A stretch of DNA of 63,979 nt, the filler included, from Vicugna vicugna (lineage: Eukaryota): the NCBI GenBank assembly GCA_013265495.1. It is 75 parts of 71 records of this genome, joined end to end, with 100 filler letters (N's around TTAATTAATTAA, not from the genome) between each part and the next. Parts side by side here need not be neighbours in the genome. Positions count along the whole stretch, not along the records: positions 50,616 to 51,912 come from MU061658.1; positions 52,013 to 52,610 come from MU061662.1; positions 52,711 to 53,346 come from MU061662.1; positions 53,447 to 54,148 come from PNXW01020095.1; positions 54,249 to 55,569 come from MU061666.1; positions 55,670 to 56,734 come from MU061667.1; positions 56,835 to 57,347 come from PNXW01020164.1; positions 57,448 to 57,845 come from MU061670.1; 67 more parts are not named here. One strand, given 5' to 3'. Of the stretch, positions 50,516-62,146 are shown piece by piece; position 1 is the first letter of the stretch; each line of letters starts with the position of its first letter. The notes under the pieces are model-generated. The model was not told where the DNA came from. It did no database searches and was given only the letters and a program-made list of their open reading frames with translations. The translations under genes and the position numbers were made by a program.

Positions 50516-52012
50516 NNNNNNNNNNNNNNNNNNNNNNNNNNNNNNNNNNNNNNNNNNNNTTAATTAATTAANNNNNNNNNNNNNNNNNNNNNNNNNNNNN
50601 NNNNNNNNNNNNNNNGGATTATAAATTGGGTATGGGTTAAGTGGCTTTGGGGCTTTAGAACAATTGCCAGAAATAGAGAAAGGAGGAGAGGAGGGAGGAG
50701 CTTGTCCTTTAAAAATACTTAGATCTGCACCAGATGGGCAGGGAGATTCCCCCGATCAAAGGTGCAGAGTACTCTAAAGCTTAGACCAAAAGGAACAGAA
50801 ATACTCACCAAGGATCAAGAACAACAGCCAAGCCATGACCAATGTAGCTAAAGATGATGAGTTGAAATCGAAGGCTGGAAGATGTCAGAACAGCAGAACT
50901 CAGCTTTGACTGCAAGTGTGCCAAGACAAGGGAGGGAAGCAGTTCCTATCTGCTGCAGAGCCTTTCAAATGACCAGAAATCAATGGGCTCAGGGGAAGAA
51001 TGACGGAGCTGGACTTGCTGAAATCAGCATGTCCCCAGAGGAACGCAGGTGGCAAAACTGGTAGAAAGATGCTGAAAACAAACAGAAAAATCCCAAGNNN
51101 NNNNNNNNNNNNNNNNNNNNNNNNNNNNNNNNNNNNNNNNNNNNNNNNNNNNNNNNNNNNNNNNNNNNNNNNNNNNNNNNNNNNNNNNNNNNNNNNNNNN
51201 NNNNNNNNNNNNNNNNNNNNNNNNNNNNNNNNNNNNNNNNNNNNNNNNNNNNNNNNNNNNNNNNNNNNNNNNNNNNNNNNNNNNNNNNNNNNNNNNNNNN
51301 NNNNNNNNNNNNNNNNNNNNNNNNNNNNNNNNNNNNNNNNNNNNNNNNNNNNNNNNNNNNNNNNNNNNNNNNNNNNNNNNNNNNNNNNNNNNNNNNNNNN
51401 NNNNNNNNNNNNNNNNNNNNNNNNNNNNNNNNNNNNNNNNNNNNNNNNNNNNNNNNNNNNNNNNNNNNNNNNNNNNNNNNNNNNNNNNNNNNNNNNNNNN
51501 NNNNNNNNNNNNNNNNNNNNNNNNNNNNNNNNNNNNNNNNNNNNNNNNNNNNNNNNNNNNNNNNNNNNNNNNNNNNAAGGACAGGGGTAGCAAGACCCTC
51601 AGTATTCCCAGGTCCTCAGCCTTGCTATTAAATGCAGCTATACTTCAAGAGCTATTTAACTCTGGACTCAATTATGTATGCTATTATCACTCCCTACTCT
51701 TTGAATCAGAATAATTTTTTACTCTGTAATAAAACATCTTAGCTTCTTTGTAATATTCGGATCCCTCCACACAAACTTTGGTTCATTATAGGCATTAATT
51801 TTTAATCCTGTTTTTTTCTCCTATATTTTACCTCTTATTATATTCAGTAAAAAGATTTTAGCCACCATGAGTGCCAGGTGAATATGATGTATGGAGGCAG
51901 TACCTTGATGAANNNNNNNNNNNNNNNNNNNNNNNNNNNNNNNNNNNNNNNNNNNNTTAATTAATTAANNNNNNNNNNNNNNNNNNNNNNNNNNNNNNNN
52001 NNNNNNNNNNNN

Positions 52013-52583
52013 TCCTGTCCGTCCGATCGTCCGTCCTTCGGTCCGTCCGTCTTTCTCCGCCCTCTCTGCAGGGGGCTGTCTTCTTTCGCCACGGGGGCTG
52101 GGCAGGGAGGCCCGCTGACGCCCACCGGCCCGGTGTGGGGTGAAGGGTGGGGCGGGGTGGGGCGTCGGGCCCGGGCTGATGCCTTCCCTCCCGCCGCGAC
52201 GGAGGTACTGGGTGGGTTTGGGCAAGTTGGTGGAGGCAGGAGGGGCGGCCAAGGTCCGCGCTGGGCTACGCCTAGGCCCGGAGGTGGGTGGGTGGGGCTC
52301 AGGGGCCGGCCGGCCGGCGGCCCGGAGGCCCGGGTCCGGACGCCTCCGGGGCCGCTTGCCCCCTGCCAGCGAGCCTGATGCGGGGATCCGAGCTGGGACG
52401 GGCCTGGAGAGTCCCTGGGAGGCGGGCGGCAGGCGCGCGGTGTGCGCCGAGTGCTGTGCGCGGTGGCTTGGCTCGGCTCGGCCCGGCCCGGCCGGGCTCG
52501 GTTCGGCACGGCGCGGGCCGGCCGAGCCGGCGGCAGGGAAGGCGCAGCGCGGGCTCTTGAGGCGCCGCGTGGCGCCTGCTGCT
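52013..52583 (+). promoter_or_regulatory. 5S rDNA upstream spacer with D-box
   Basis: GC-rich spacer; GGCTCTTGAGGC at 52552-52563, i.e. -32 to -21 from the 5S start (human D-box GGCTCTTGGGGC). Confidence 0.85.
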
Positions 52584-52610
52584 GTCTACGGCCATACCAC
52601 CCTGAACGCG
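52584..52610 (+). rRNA. RNA5S: 5S rRNA gene, first 27 nt (truncated by scaffold end)
   Basis: GTCTACGGCCATACCACCCTGAACGCG is the mammalian 5S 5' end. Confidence 0.95.
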
Positions 52611-52710
52611 NNNNNNNNNNNNNNNNNNNNNNNNNNNNNNNNNNNNNNNNNNNNTTAATTAATTAANNNNNNNNNNNNNNNNNNNNNNNNNNNNNNNNNN
52701 NNNNNNNNNN

Positions 52711-53346
52711 TTTTTTTTTTTTTTTTTTTTTTTTTTTTTCCCTCCCCTCCTCCGGCCTCCTGCCTCCGTCTCTTTAGCCGCCGCCCCTGTCCCCAAGGCG
52801 GCTCCCCGCAGGCCCGAGCACCTCCTGCCCCTCCCCCCCACCCCACGCCACGCCCGCGCAGCGCGCCCACGGCCTGCCCCGACCCCGCGGCAGGCAGCCA
52901 GCCAGCCAGCCAGCCGGCCGGCCTGCCTGCCGGCGGGCGCACCGGCAGCCGCTTCCCTGCCCCTTGGACCTCGCAGCCCGGGCCCCCCACAGCCCCCACA
53001 GCCCCCGGCCCTCCCCTGGGGGGACCGTGAGGCGGGAGGGGCGACGGCCCGACCGCGACTCCGCCGCAGGCCTGGGCTCCCTCGGTCCGTCCTCGTCCTC
53101 CTGCCGCCCGCGGCCCGCGAGCCCTCTCGACGTCCAACGGCGCCCAGCCGCCGGCTGCCCGCCCCAGTCCGCGCCAGCGCCCGCCCGCCGAGACCACCTT
53201 CTCTCCACCAGCCTTGGCCTGCTCTCCCCAGGGAAGGAAACCCGCGGCAGGCAGCCAGCCAGCCAGCCAGCCGGCCGGCCTGCCTGCCGGCGGGCGCACC
53301 GGCAGCCGCTTCCCTGCCCCTTGGACCTCGCAGCCCGGGCCCCCCA
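52711..53346 (+). repeat. T29 tract followed by GC-rich spacer with a ~105-bp direct repeat; probable rDNA (5S) downstream spacer
   Basis: Poly-T at 52711-52739; identical block at 52884 and 53241 containing (CCAG)n; no CpG depletion. Confidence 0.5.
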
Positions 53347-53446
53347 NNNNNNNNNNNNNNNNNNNNNNNNNNNNNNNNNNNNNNNNNNNNTTAATTAATT
53401 AANNNNNNNNNNNNNNNNNNNNNNNNNNNNNNNNNNNNNNNNNNNN

Positions 53447-54148
53447 TGGGACACACTGAGCTTCCTTTACTTGGATATCTGATTCCTTTTTCAGTTTGGG
53501 TAGTTCTCAGGTATGATTTCTTCAAACACTTTTGCAATCCCCTTTGATCTTTCCTCCTCTTCTGGGAATTTAATCATGCCAAGATTTCCATGCTTTCTAT
53601 TATTCCATAGGCCTCAATGATTATTCATTTGTTTCTCGTTGTTTCTCTTGTAGCTTTTCTGATTGGGTGTTTTCTATTTTCCTGTCTTCTTAGTCACTAA
53701 TTCATTCCTCTGCATTATCTAGTTGGCTTTGTGACCCCTTTAAGTCATTCCTCATTTCAGTCAATGGGTTTACCTATTCTACTCGGCTCTTCTTTATAGC
53801 TTCCATTTCGTTTTTTACATATTTTATTTCTCTAAACTCTATCTTTTATTTCCTTCATTAATTTGATCACTCCTCTTTTGAAAAAATCTTGATCAGCAGG
53901 ATATTGATGTCTATTTCACTGATTGTACTTTCAGGGGATTTCTCTTGTTCTTTTAATTGGTAATGGTTTGTCTGCTTCTTCATCTTGCTCCTACCTCTCT
54001 GGCACTGTGGTTTATGGATTATCAGTTACCTACTGTGGTCCTAAAGGAGTTTATCTACCTAATGCCTGTGTAGTAATACAGCTAAAAAAGAGAAAAAAGA
54101 GACAGGGAGACAAAGAATTTTGAAGAAGGGGAAATAAGTGTTTGAAGA
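53447..54148 (-). mobile_element. LINE-1 5' UTR end and ORF1 N-terminal part (degenerate)
   Basis: ATG at 53983, MKKQTNHYQLKEQEKSPE...; ENYPNxKKESDIQVKEAQ-like ORF1p motif near 53450-53510. Confidence 0.8.
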
Positions 54149-54248
54149 NNNNNNNNNNNNNNNNNNNNNNNNNNNNNNNNNNNNNNNNNNNNTTAATTAA
54201 TTAANNNNNNNNNNNNNNNNNNNNNNNNNNNNNNNNNNNNNNNNNNNN

Positions 54249-55569
54249 TAACCTGGGAACACCTGTGCCCCCATAAAGATCCGTGGATTCTGTATCCACA
54301 CCTCCAGTACACACAAGAACACTTGCACAGTTATCCTGAGAGTGGGCAGTCTCCTCCAACTGAGAGCAGGGCCATAGTTCTTATAAAATCGCTTAACTAG
54401 TCTACAATATTTGGTTGCCTGATACGGAGTGCTGGAGAAAGGGTGGGTTGGACTCTAAATCCAAGTATTAGCGAGTGCTTCTCCATGGGATTTGGAGGTT
54501 ATTAAACAAAAACCCACAACATGGGAATACCTGTGCTCCTTGAAAACAGCGTGGACAATGTATCCCCACCACCTGAACACACATGAAGAAGTTTTCTGGT
54601 ATCCTGAGTGTGGACTGGCAATTTCAGGTGACAGAAGCGGCTGGGTTCTAATAGAATACCTTAGCTTGTAATCCCTGAGTGTTTCCCTAGGACTGACTCT
54701 GAGAGAAACCTGGGGGTTGGGCTTTGAGACCAAAAAGTAGCGAGTGTCCCTGATGGACTGAGGAAGTATTTAGATGAATTCTCCATAAAGGGAAACACCT
54801 GAGCACTCATTCATCTGCGTGGAGTGGGGCTTCAAATCTCCCCACCACACAAGGATTTGTTCCAGTATTCTAAGGGTNNNNNNNNNNNNNNNNNNNNNNN
54901 NNNNNNNNNNNNNNNNNNNNNNNNNNNNNNNNNNNNNNNNNNNNNNNNNNNNNNNNNNNNNNNNNNNNNNNNNNNNNNNNNNNNNNNNNNNNNNNNNNNN
55001 NNNNNNNNNNNNNNNNNNNNNNNNNNNNNNNNNNNNNNNNNNNNNNNNNNNNNNNNNNNNNNNNNNNNNNNNNNNNNNNNNNNNNNNNNNNNNNNNNNNN
55101 NNNNNNNNNNNNNNNNNNNNNNNNNNNNNNNNNNNNNNNNNNNNNNNNNNNNNNNNNNNNNNNNNNNNNNNNNNNNNNNNNNNNNNNNNNNNNNNNNNNN
55201 NNNNNNNNNNNNNNNNNNNNNNNNNNNNNNNNNNNNNNNNNNNNNNNNNNNNNNNNNNNNNNNNNNNNNNNNNNNNNNNNNNNNNNNNNNNNNNNNNNNN
55301 NNNNNNNNNNNNNNNNNNNNNNNNNNNNNNNNNNNNNNNNNNNNNNNNNNNNNNNNNNNNNNNNNNNNNNNNNNNNNNNNNNNNNNNNNNNNNNNNNNNN
55401 NNNNNNNNNNNNNNNNNNNNNNNNNNNNNNNNNNNNNNNNNNNNTAGAATCACTTAGCATGTGTTCCCTGAAGGCATGCCTTGGCTGGAGGGTGGGGAAA
55501 GTGTGGGTTCGGCTCTAAACCAAATATTAGCGAGCGCCTATCCATGGGATGTGGGTTTTTAACCTACAA
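54249..55569. repeat. Family D satellite (reverse orientation)
   Basis: Reverse complement of the monomers in 39980-40441. Confidence 0.9.
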
Positions 55570-55669
55570 NNNNNNNNNNNNNNNNNNNNNNNNNNNNNNN
55601 NNNNNNNNNNNNNTTAATTAATTAANNNNNNNNNNNNNNNNNNNNNNNNNNNNNNNNNNNNNNNNNNNN

Positions 55670-56733
55670 ATGAACGAACTTCTCTCCACATACTCAATTC
55701 TGAGAGATAAGTGTGTGTGAAACTCCTCCTTCATCTAGCTTGTTTGGAACACAGGGTTTCTTTTCACTATCAAACTCCACTGCATACATATATATGTCTA
55801 GGTACAATCTCTAACCCTTTTTTACACTGAATATTGCAGGAACTTATAAACGGCAGTAGGAAACTGACTGAGAAACCTGAGTAATTGTTTCTCCTGCAAC
55901 CCTTTCCCTTGGTGCTTGATGATTAAACGTCTATCCACGTGCTCATTTCTGAGAGATAATGTGTGTAAGCGGTCCTTCACCTAGCTTGTTGGGAACGCAA
56001 TGTTCATTTTCAGTTGCAAACTCCACTACATATATATTTATGGGGAAGTACATGTTCCAACTCTGGTTTACAGTGAAATGTTCAGGTATTTCTAACTGGC
56101 ACTAGGAAACAGACTAAGAAACCAGAGTAAGTGTTTCTCCTAACCCATTTCTTTGNNNNNNNNNNNNNNNNNNNNNNNNNNNNNNNNNNNNNNNNNNNNN
56201 NNNNNNNNNNNNNNNNNNNNNNNNNNNNNNNNNNNNNNNNNNNNNNNNNNNNNNNNNNNNNNNNNNNNNNNNNNNNNNNNNNNNNNNNNNNNNNNNNNNN
56301 NNNNNNNNNNNNNNNNNNNNNNNNNNNNNNNNNNNNNNNNNNNNNNNNNNNNNNNNNNNNNNNNNNNNNNNNNNNNNNNNNNNNNNNNNNNNNNNNNNNN
56401 NNNNNNNNNNNNNNNNNNNNNNNNNNNNNNNNNNNNGCATATACCTCCCCATATATATGTTTGTAGTGTGGTTTCCAAATGAAAAGAATCTTTGTTTTCC
56501 CAAAATTCTTGGTGATTGTTGGTTTTCACACATACTTCTCTGTCATATTTGGGTATGTGTAGTGTCGTTATTCTAGCTATCATTAAGTGAATGGTTTGCA
56601 GTTATAATACTTACTCTTGTTTCTCATTATGTTTCCTAGTGCTCCTTTGAAGTTTATGCAGTTTTCACTGTTAAATCGAGTTCGAGCTCTTACCTCCCCA
56701 TATATATGTATATAGTTTTTTTCCAGTAGAAAA
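55670..56733. repeat. ~248-bp satellite (family E), diverged; orientation flips across the gap
   Basis: CTAGCTTG at 55735 and 55981 (246 bp); 56437-56733 is in the opposite orientation. Confidence 0.85.
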
Positions 56734-56834
56734 ANNNNNNNNNNNNNNNNNNNNNNNNNNNNNNNNNNNNNNNNNNNNTTAATTAATTAANNNNNNNNNN
56801 NNNNNNNNNNNNNNNNNNNNNNNNNNNNNNNNNN

Positions 56835-57347
56835 GGGAGGCAGCCTCTGTCACTGGGATAACATGCAAACCCCCCTAGATTTCCCTGGCAAAGAGACACT
56901 AGGAAAATCCTCATTGGAGACGTGATTAGGCATTCTGTTAGAACCCACGCGCTGCCGAAGGTTGGTGGAACATCCCCACGCTCAGAAATCCGGAAGCATT
57001 TTCTGTGCGTGGGGGAGATCGAGAGACAACTCCACGCAGCTCTCTTCAGTCACTGGTGTTCCCTGTTCGGGGAAGTCCGAGAAATAAATTCCCTGATCTT
57101 GTGGAGGCATCCTCCGTCACTGGGATAACCTGCAAACCCCCCTAGCATTCCCTGGCACAGAGACATTTGGAAAACCCTCAGGGGAGACGAGCTTAGGCTT
57201 TCCGTTAGAACCCACGCGGTGCCGATCTTTGGTGGAACCTCCCCAAGCTCAGGATTCCGGAAACATTGTCAGTGCGTGGGCGAACTCGAAGAAAAAACTC
57301 GAAGAAAACTCCACGCATCTCTCTTCATTCACAGGTGTTCCCTGTTC
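56835..57347. repeat. 267-bp satellite
   Basis: CACTGGGATAA at 56851 and 57118 (267 bp). Confidence 0.95.
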
Positions 57348-57447
57348 NNNNNNNNNNNNNNNNNNNNNNNNNNNNNNNNNNNNNNNNNNNNTTAATTAAT
57401 TAANNNNNNNNNNNNNNNNNNNNNNNNNNNNNNNNNNNNNNNNNNNN

Positions 57448-57845
57448 TATTCAGTGTTGCCAGGCTGTACATTTCAAGAAATTTGTCCATTTATTTAAGG
57501 TCCAGTTGTTCGTCACGTAACTGCTCAGAGTGCTTTCATAATCTTTGTTTGCATTTCTGTAATATCAGATGTTATTTCAACTGTTTCATTTCTTATTTTG
57601 TTCGTGTCCACTCTGTATTTCTTGATAAGCCTGGCTAAATGTTTGTCAATTTGTTAATATATTTAAGAAAAATTAAAGCTGTTGATTTTATGACATTTAA
57701 TTTATTTTTTGATTTTTATTTTTATATCATTTTGGGTGTTATGCTTGGTCCTTTGTGTCAGGTTTTTCTTGTTCCTTGTAAAAGGCCTTAATTGTTCTAA
57801 ACTTACTTAATAGATTTGTCTTTGCTGCATCCCGTACATTACATT
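57448..57845 (-). mobile_element. Degenerate LINE-1 ORF2 fragment
   Basis: AAGCCTGGCTAAATGTTTGTCAATTT (IDK-LA motif on the minus strand), AATTTGTCCATTT. Confidence 0.7.
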
Positions 57846-57945
57846 NNNNNNNNNNNNNNNNNNNNNNNNNNNNNNNNNNNNNNNNNNNNTTAATTAATTA
57901 ANNNNNNNNNNNNNNNNNNNNNNNNNNNNNNNNNNNNNNNNNNNN

Positions 57946-58712
57946 CACTCCTGCCTGGTCAGTCTGAAACATCTGACTGTACCATCGGGCAGGGCAGTGA
58001 CAAGCCAGCCCACAGTAAAGAGAGCTGCTTGGGAACAAGTGTTGGGAGTAGGAGTGATCTGCTTGCTGACAGGCCCTGGGAGCAGCACAGAGGCGGGCTC
58101 CAATGGAGGGCCAATGGAAAAAGCAAGTTGAGCTTCCAAAACAGGATGAATAGAGAAAGAGTTCACATTAAAATTGCACAATATCCAGGAGGACACTGAA
58201 CACCCCCTTGTTTTAATCTGTTTTCACCTGTTCCATTTTCTATTACCCTCTTAATTTTTACTTTTTCTGCAATTATAAATACCCCCATTTTAATCCCTTT
58301 GAAATTTTTAAAAATATTTTTATTACTATTATTTTTCAAAATTGTGCTTCAACTTACTTTTATATTATTTATTATACAATGCCTTCAAACCTTTATTTCT
58401 CCATTCTTTAAAATTCTTTATCTCTCTCTCTCAATTTTCTCTTTTCTTAGTTGTATTACTGTATAGGAATTAGGTAGATAAACTCTTTTAGGACCACAGT
58501 AGGTAACTGATACTCCATAAACCACAGTGCCAGAGAGGTAGGAGCAAGATGAATAAGCAGAGAAACAAGTTGCAATTAAAAGAACAAGAGAAATCCCCTG
58601 AAAGAATGATCAGTGAAATAGGGTTTGATAGCCTACAATATCATGATTTCAAAAAAGGAGAGATCAAATTATTGAAGTGAATAGAAGATAGGGTTTAGAG
58701 ATATAAAATATG
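57946..58712 (+). mobile_element. LINE-1 5' UTR and ORF1 start
   Basis: CCATAAACCACAGTGCCAGAGAGGTAGGAGCAAGATG (ATG 58549) mirrors 53981-54018. Confidence 0.8.
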
Positions 58713-58812
58713 NNNNNNNNNNNNNNNNNNNNNNNNNNNNNNNNNNNNNNNNNNNNTTAATTAATTAANNNNNNNNNNNNNNNNNNNNNNNNNNNNNNNN
58801 NNNNNNNNNNNN

Positions 58813-59220
58813 TTTCAAGGCTGACCATAAAAGGTCAAAAAGTGGGTGATGGGACATGGAGTTACTGGGAATCCTAGCCCCTTCCCCAGAGTAGTTGGAA
58901 TAATCCTCCTACTTGTTAGCATATGAAGTTACAGAGCCCATGAAAACTACCCACCCCACATCCCCGGGGCTGTGAGGTGGGCTCACTCACTCTCTCCCCC
59001 TCTCCCCCTCGCTCCCTTTCTCTTACCTTTTAAGACAGCCTGCATTCCGTCTATGGAGTTTGTATCTGTCTGAATAAATCCACCTTCATTCTTCCATGGC
59101 TCACTCTTGAATCCTTTCCTGTGCAAAGCCAGAGAACCTCACTTGATGGGGCACATCTCAGGGACTCACCTGGGACCTGGGACATGGCCATCCTCTCGCG
59201 CCCCCCATTTCTCCTGTACC
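58813..59220 (+). mobile_element. ERV LTR (3' part)
   Basis: AATAAA at 59073, ERV1-like R/U5 text (CTCTTGAATCCTTTCCTGTGCAAAGCC), ends ...TGTACCA; no obvious PBS follows. Confidence 0.65.
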
Positions 59221-59679
59221 ATTAACTCAGGGCTGTGGGAGAATGGACTGACAATACTCAGGCCTCGAGGTTTTGTTTTGCATGATTTATCTTTCTGTTT
59301 AGAGCTGAGTTGCTCTGTACTTTTGCATACAGATGTAATTTTCCATAATAAAAAGTTTAAAAAAATTAAAAGGAGTTGAATTGCTCCATCAGCCCCTCCC
59401 CTCCCCCGCCCCACCACTGGCAGAGAGAATCAAGAACCCAGGAAGTTGCTTGAAGGGTTTGGGCTTCAGTGCTTTAAGATTCACCTTATAAAAAAAAGGG
59501 GGGGGCATTTGGGAATAAGAAATAAGAAAAATGTGCGAGCTCAAGCAGCTAAAAAAGAAAGGCACAAAGGAATGCGTTGNNNNNNNNNNNNNNNNNNNNN
59601 NNNNNNNNNNNNNNNNNNNNNNNTTAATTAATTAANNNNNNNNNNNNNNNNNNNNNNNNNNNNNNNNNNNNNNNNNNNN

Positions 59680-60604
59680 GTGTTGGCCGGCTCACGGGAT
59701 GCTGGGGCGATATTCCCAGGGGGCGGGGTCGAGGAAAGGGGCGGGCGGCTGCGAGAGGGCAGCAGCGAAGGATGGGGCTGCTCACGGAAACCTGTGGATT
59801 TCATCGACTGTCCCCCTGAGCCTGCTCTGGGGGCGTCCTCTGCTACCCCATGGTCACTGGGTGCACTTCCCCGAGTTGGCTGGCTCCCAGGATGCTGTCG
59901 CAGGATGCCCAGGGGGCAGGATCTGGGAAGGGGGCGGGGAGGCTGCAGACAGGGCAGCAGCGAAGCATGGGGGCTGCCCAGGGAAGCCTGTGGATTTCGT
60001 CCACTGTCCCCCTCAGCCTGCTCTGGGGGCGGCCCTCTGCTTCCCCAGGTTCACTGGGTGCACTTCCCCGTGCTGGCTGGCTCCCAGGGTGCTGGCGCGG
60101 TATGCCCAGGGGGCAGGATCGGGAAAGGGGGTGGGGCGACAGCAGACAGGGCAGCAGCGAAGGATGGGGCTGCCCAGGCTAGGCTGTGTATTTCTTCCCT
60201 TGTCCACCTCAGCCTGCGCTGGGGCGCCCACTATTACCCCAGGTTCACTAGGTGCACTTCCCGATGTTGGCCGGCTCCTGAGATATTCTCGTGATATGCC
60301 TAGGGGCTGGGGGTGGGGAAGGGGTGTCGGGGCGGCTGCAGAGGGGGGGGGGGGGGGCGGGGGGCTGCCCAGGCAAGCCTGTGGATTTCCTCCCGTGTCC
60401 CCCTCAGCCTGTTCTGAGGGTGTCCTCTGCTGTCCCAGGTCCACTGGGTGCACATGTCCTTGTTGGCTGGCTCCCTGGACGCGGGTGTCGCTGCATTCAG
60501 GGGGCGGTGAAAGGAGTGGGGGCGGGGCGGCCACACGGAGGCCGGCAAAGGGGGACAGGGGCTGCCCAGGCAAGCCTGTGGGTTTCCTCCCGGGTCCCCT
60601 TCAG
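59680..60604. repeat. ~196-bp GC-rich tandem repeat (~4.7 copies)
   Basis: CACT(G/A)GGTGCAC at 59855, 60052, 60246, 60442. Confidence 0.92.
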
Positions 60605-60704
60605 NNNNNNNNNNNNNNNNNNNNNNNNNNNNNNNNNNNNNNNNNNNNTTAATTAATTAANNNNNNNNNNNNNNNNNNNNNNNNNNNNNNNNNNNNNNNN
60701 NNNN

Positions 60705-61454
60705 TTCAGCAAGACTTATTACAAAACACAGAATACCAAGAAGAATTTCAGACAATGAAACCAACATTTTGTTAATATCAATAATATATATATAGTATAT
60801 TAGACACATTATTTAAAAATCAAAGACCCCAACTTAAAAACAGTTTAAGGATCTTCTTGGAAACTTTCAAAAACAGACATGTGGATGATTTTCATGCACA
60901 TAAAAAGAAACATAACGTTGCTATTCATTAGGAAGATGTAAATAAAAACCAGAATGAAATATAATCTCACAGCAACCAAAATTGCTAATAAAAAGTCTTC
61001 AAATGACAAACATTTATAAGAATGTTGAATAAAAGGGAACTCACGTACACATTTGGTAGAAATATAAATTGATGCATCCACTATTATAAAAGTGTGGACA
61101 GTGCCCATAAAAGGTAGAAATAGAAGCATTATATGTTGCAGAAATTCCAGGTTTTGGTATAAATCTGAAAAAAATGAAAACACTAATTTTAAAGTATATA
61201 TTACCCCAAATGTTCTTAACATCATCATTTATAATAGTCAAGGATAGATGCACAACTCAACTGCCCATCAACAGATGATTGTCTGAAGTAGACATGAGAT
61301 ATAGATAACATAATAAATACTTAGTCATTGTCATATCAAAAAATAAAATTCTGCCATTCTGAGTAATGTGACTGGACCCAGAGTGTGTTGCACATAGGAA
61401 AATAAGAGGGAGAAAAACACTCTATGTTATCACTTACATGAGGAAACTAAAGAT
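60705..61454 (+). mobile_element. Degenerate LINE-1 ORF2 C-terminus and 3' region
   Basis: GCCCATCAACAGATGA, AAATTCTGCCATT, TTATCACTTACATG motifs. Confidence 0.8.
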
Positions 61455-62146
61455 NNNNNNNNNNNNNNNNNNNNNNNNNNNNNNNNNNNNNNNNNNNNTT
61501 AATTAATTAANNNNNNNNNNNNNNNNNNNNNNNNNNNNNNNNNNNNNNNNNNNNTTAAAAATGGGATCTTTAATGTGCATTTTTCAATGGCCAGAAAAAT
61601 ACCTGCCTACTGAGGAGAGGAAACCCTATCAGCCACGTGCAAATTATGCTTCAGACACCCCCGCTGCCCTTGGGTCCACACAGTCAGAACTACAATGGAT
61701 CAGGGACGTGAATCTTGTGCAAATGCAGGGAGTATGAATACCTGCCATTTTAAGATCTCAAGGAGTATGAAAAACATGTGAAGCTTCCATTAGCAGAGAC
61801 CTGCTGTCACTTCCACAACCTGCTGTCACTTCCACTATTTCCCTCATGGCATGTCCACAGCTTCACTGGTCCTATTCAGAATGAAGACGACAGCTACTAC
61901 CTGCTGGCCCCTGAATCAGTGATAGGTTCTCCCTTGAAAGGAAGCGTATCCCCTTCATGGGTTACAACTAGTTCATATTTGAAGTAATTCTATAGACGTA
62001 TAAGGGCTATTTTCATTGGTTCTGCTATCACAGACTTGTCTCCAAGNNNNNNNNNNNNNNNNNNNNNNNNNNNNNNNNNNNNNNNNNNNNTTAATTAATT
62101 AANNNNNNNNNNNNNNNNNNNNNNNNNNNNNNNNNNNNNNNNNNNN

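Noticed and set aside
11422..52610. A putative linked system of germline histone, 5S rDNA and satellites
   Set aside because: The pieces are independent scaffolds; they co-occur because all are hard to assemble, not because they are linked.
51961..53402. Multiple Pro/Arg/Gly-rich ORFs, also at 59680-60656 and 16423-16872
   Set aside because: Expected in very GC-rich spacer, repeat or CpG-island DNA; no recognisable domains.
57066..57082. Possible CENP-B box in the 267-bp satellite (TTCGGGGAAGTCCGAG)
   Set aside because: Does not fit NTTCGNNNNANNCGGGN; the second half is CCGA rather than CGGG.
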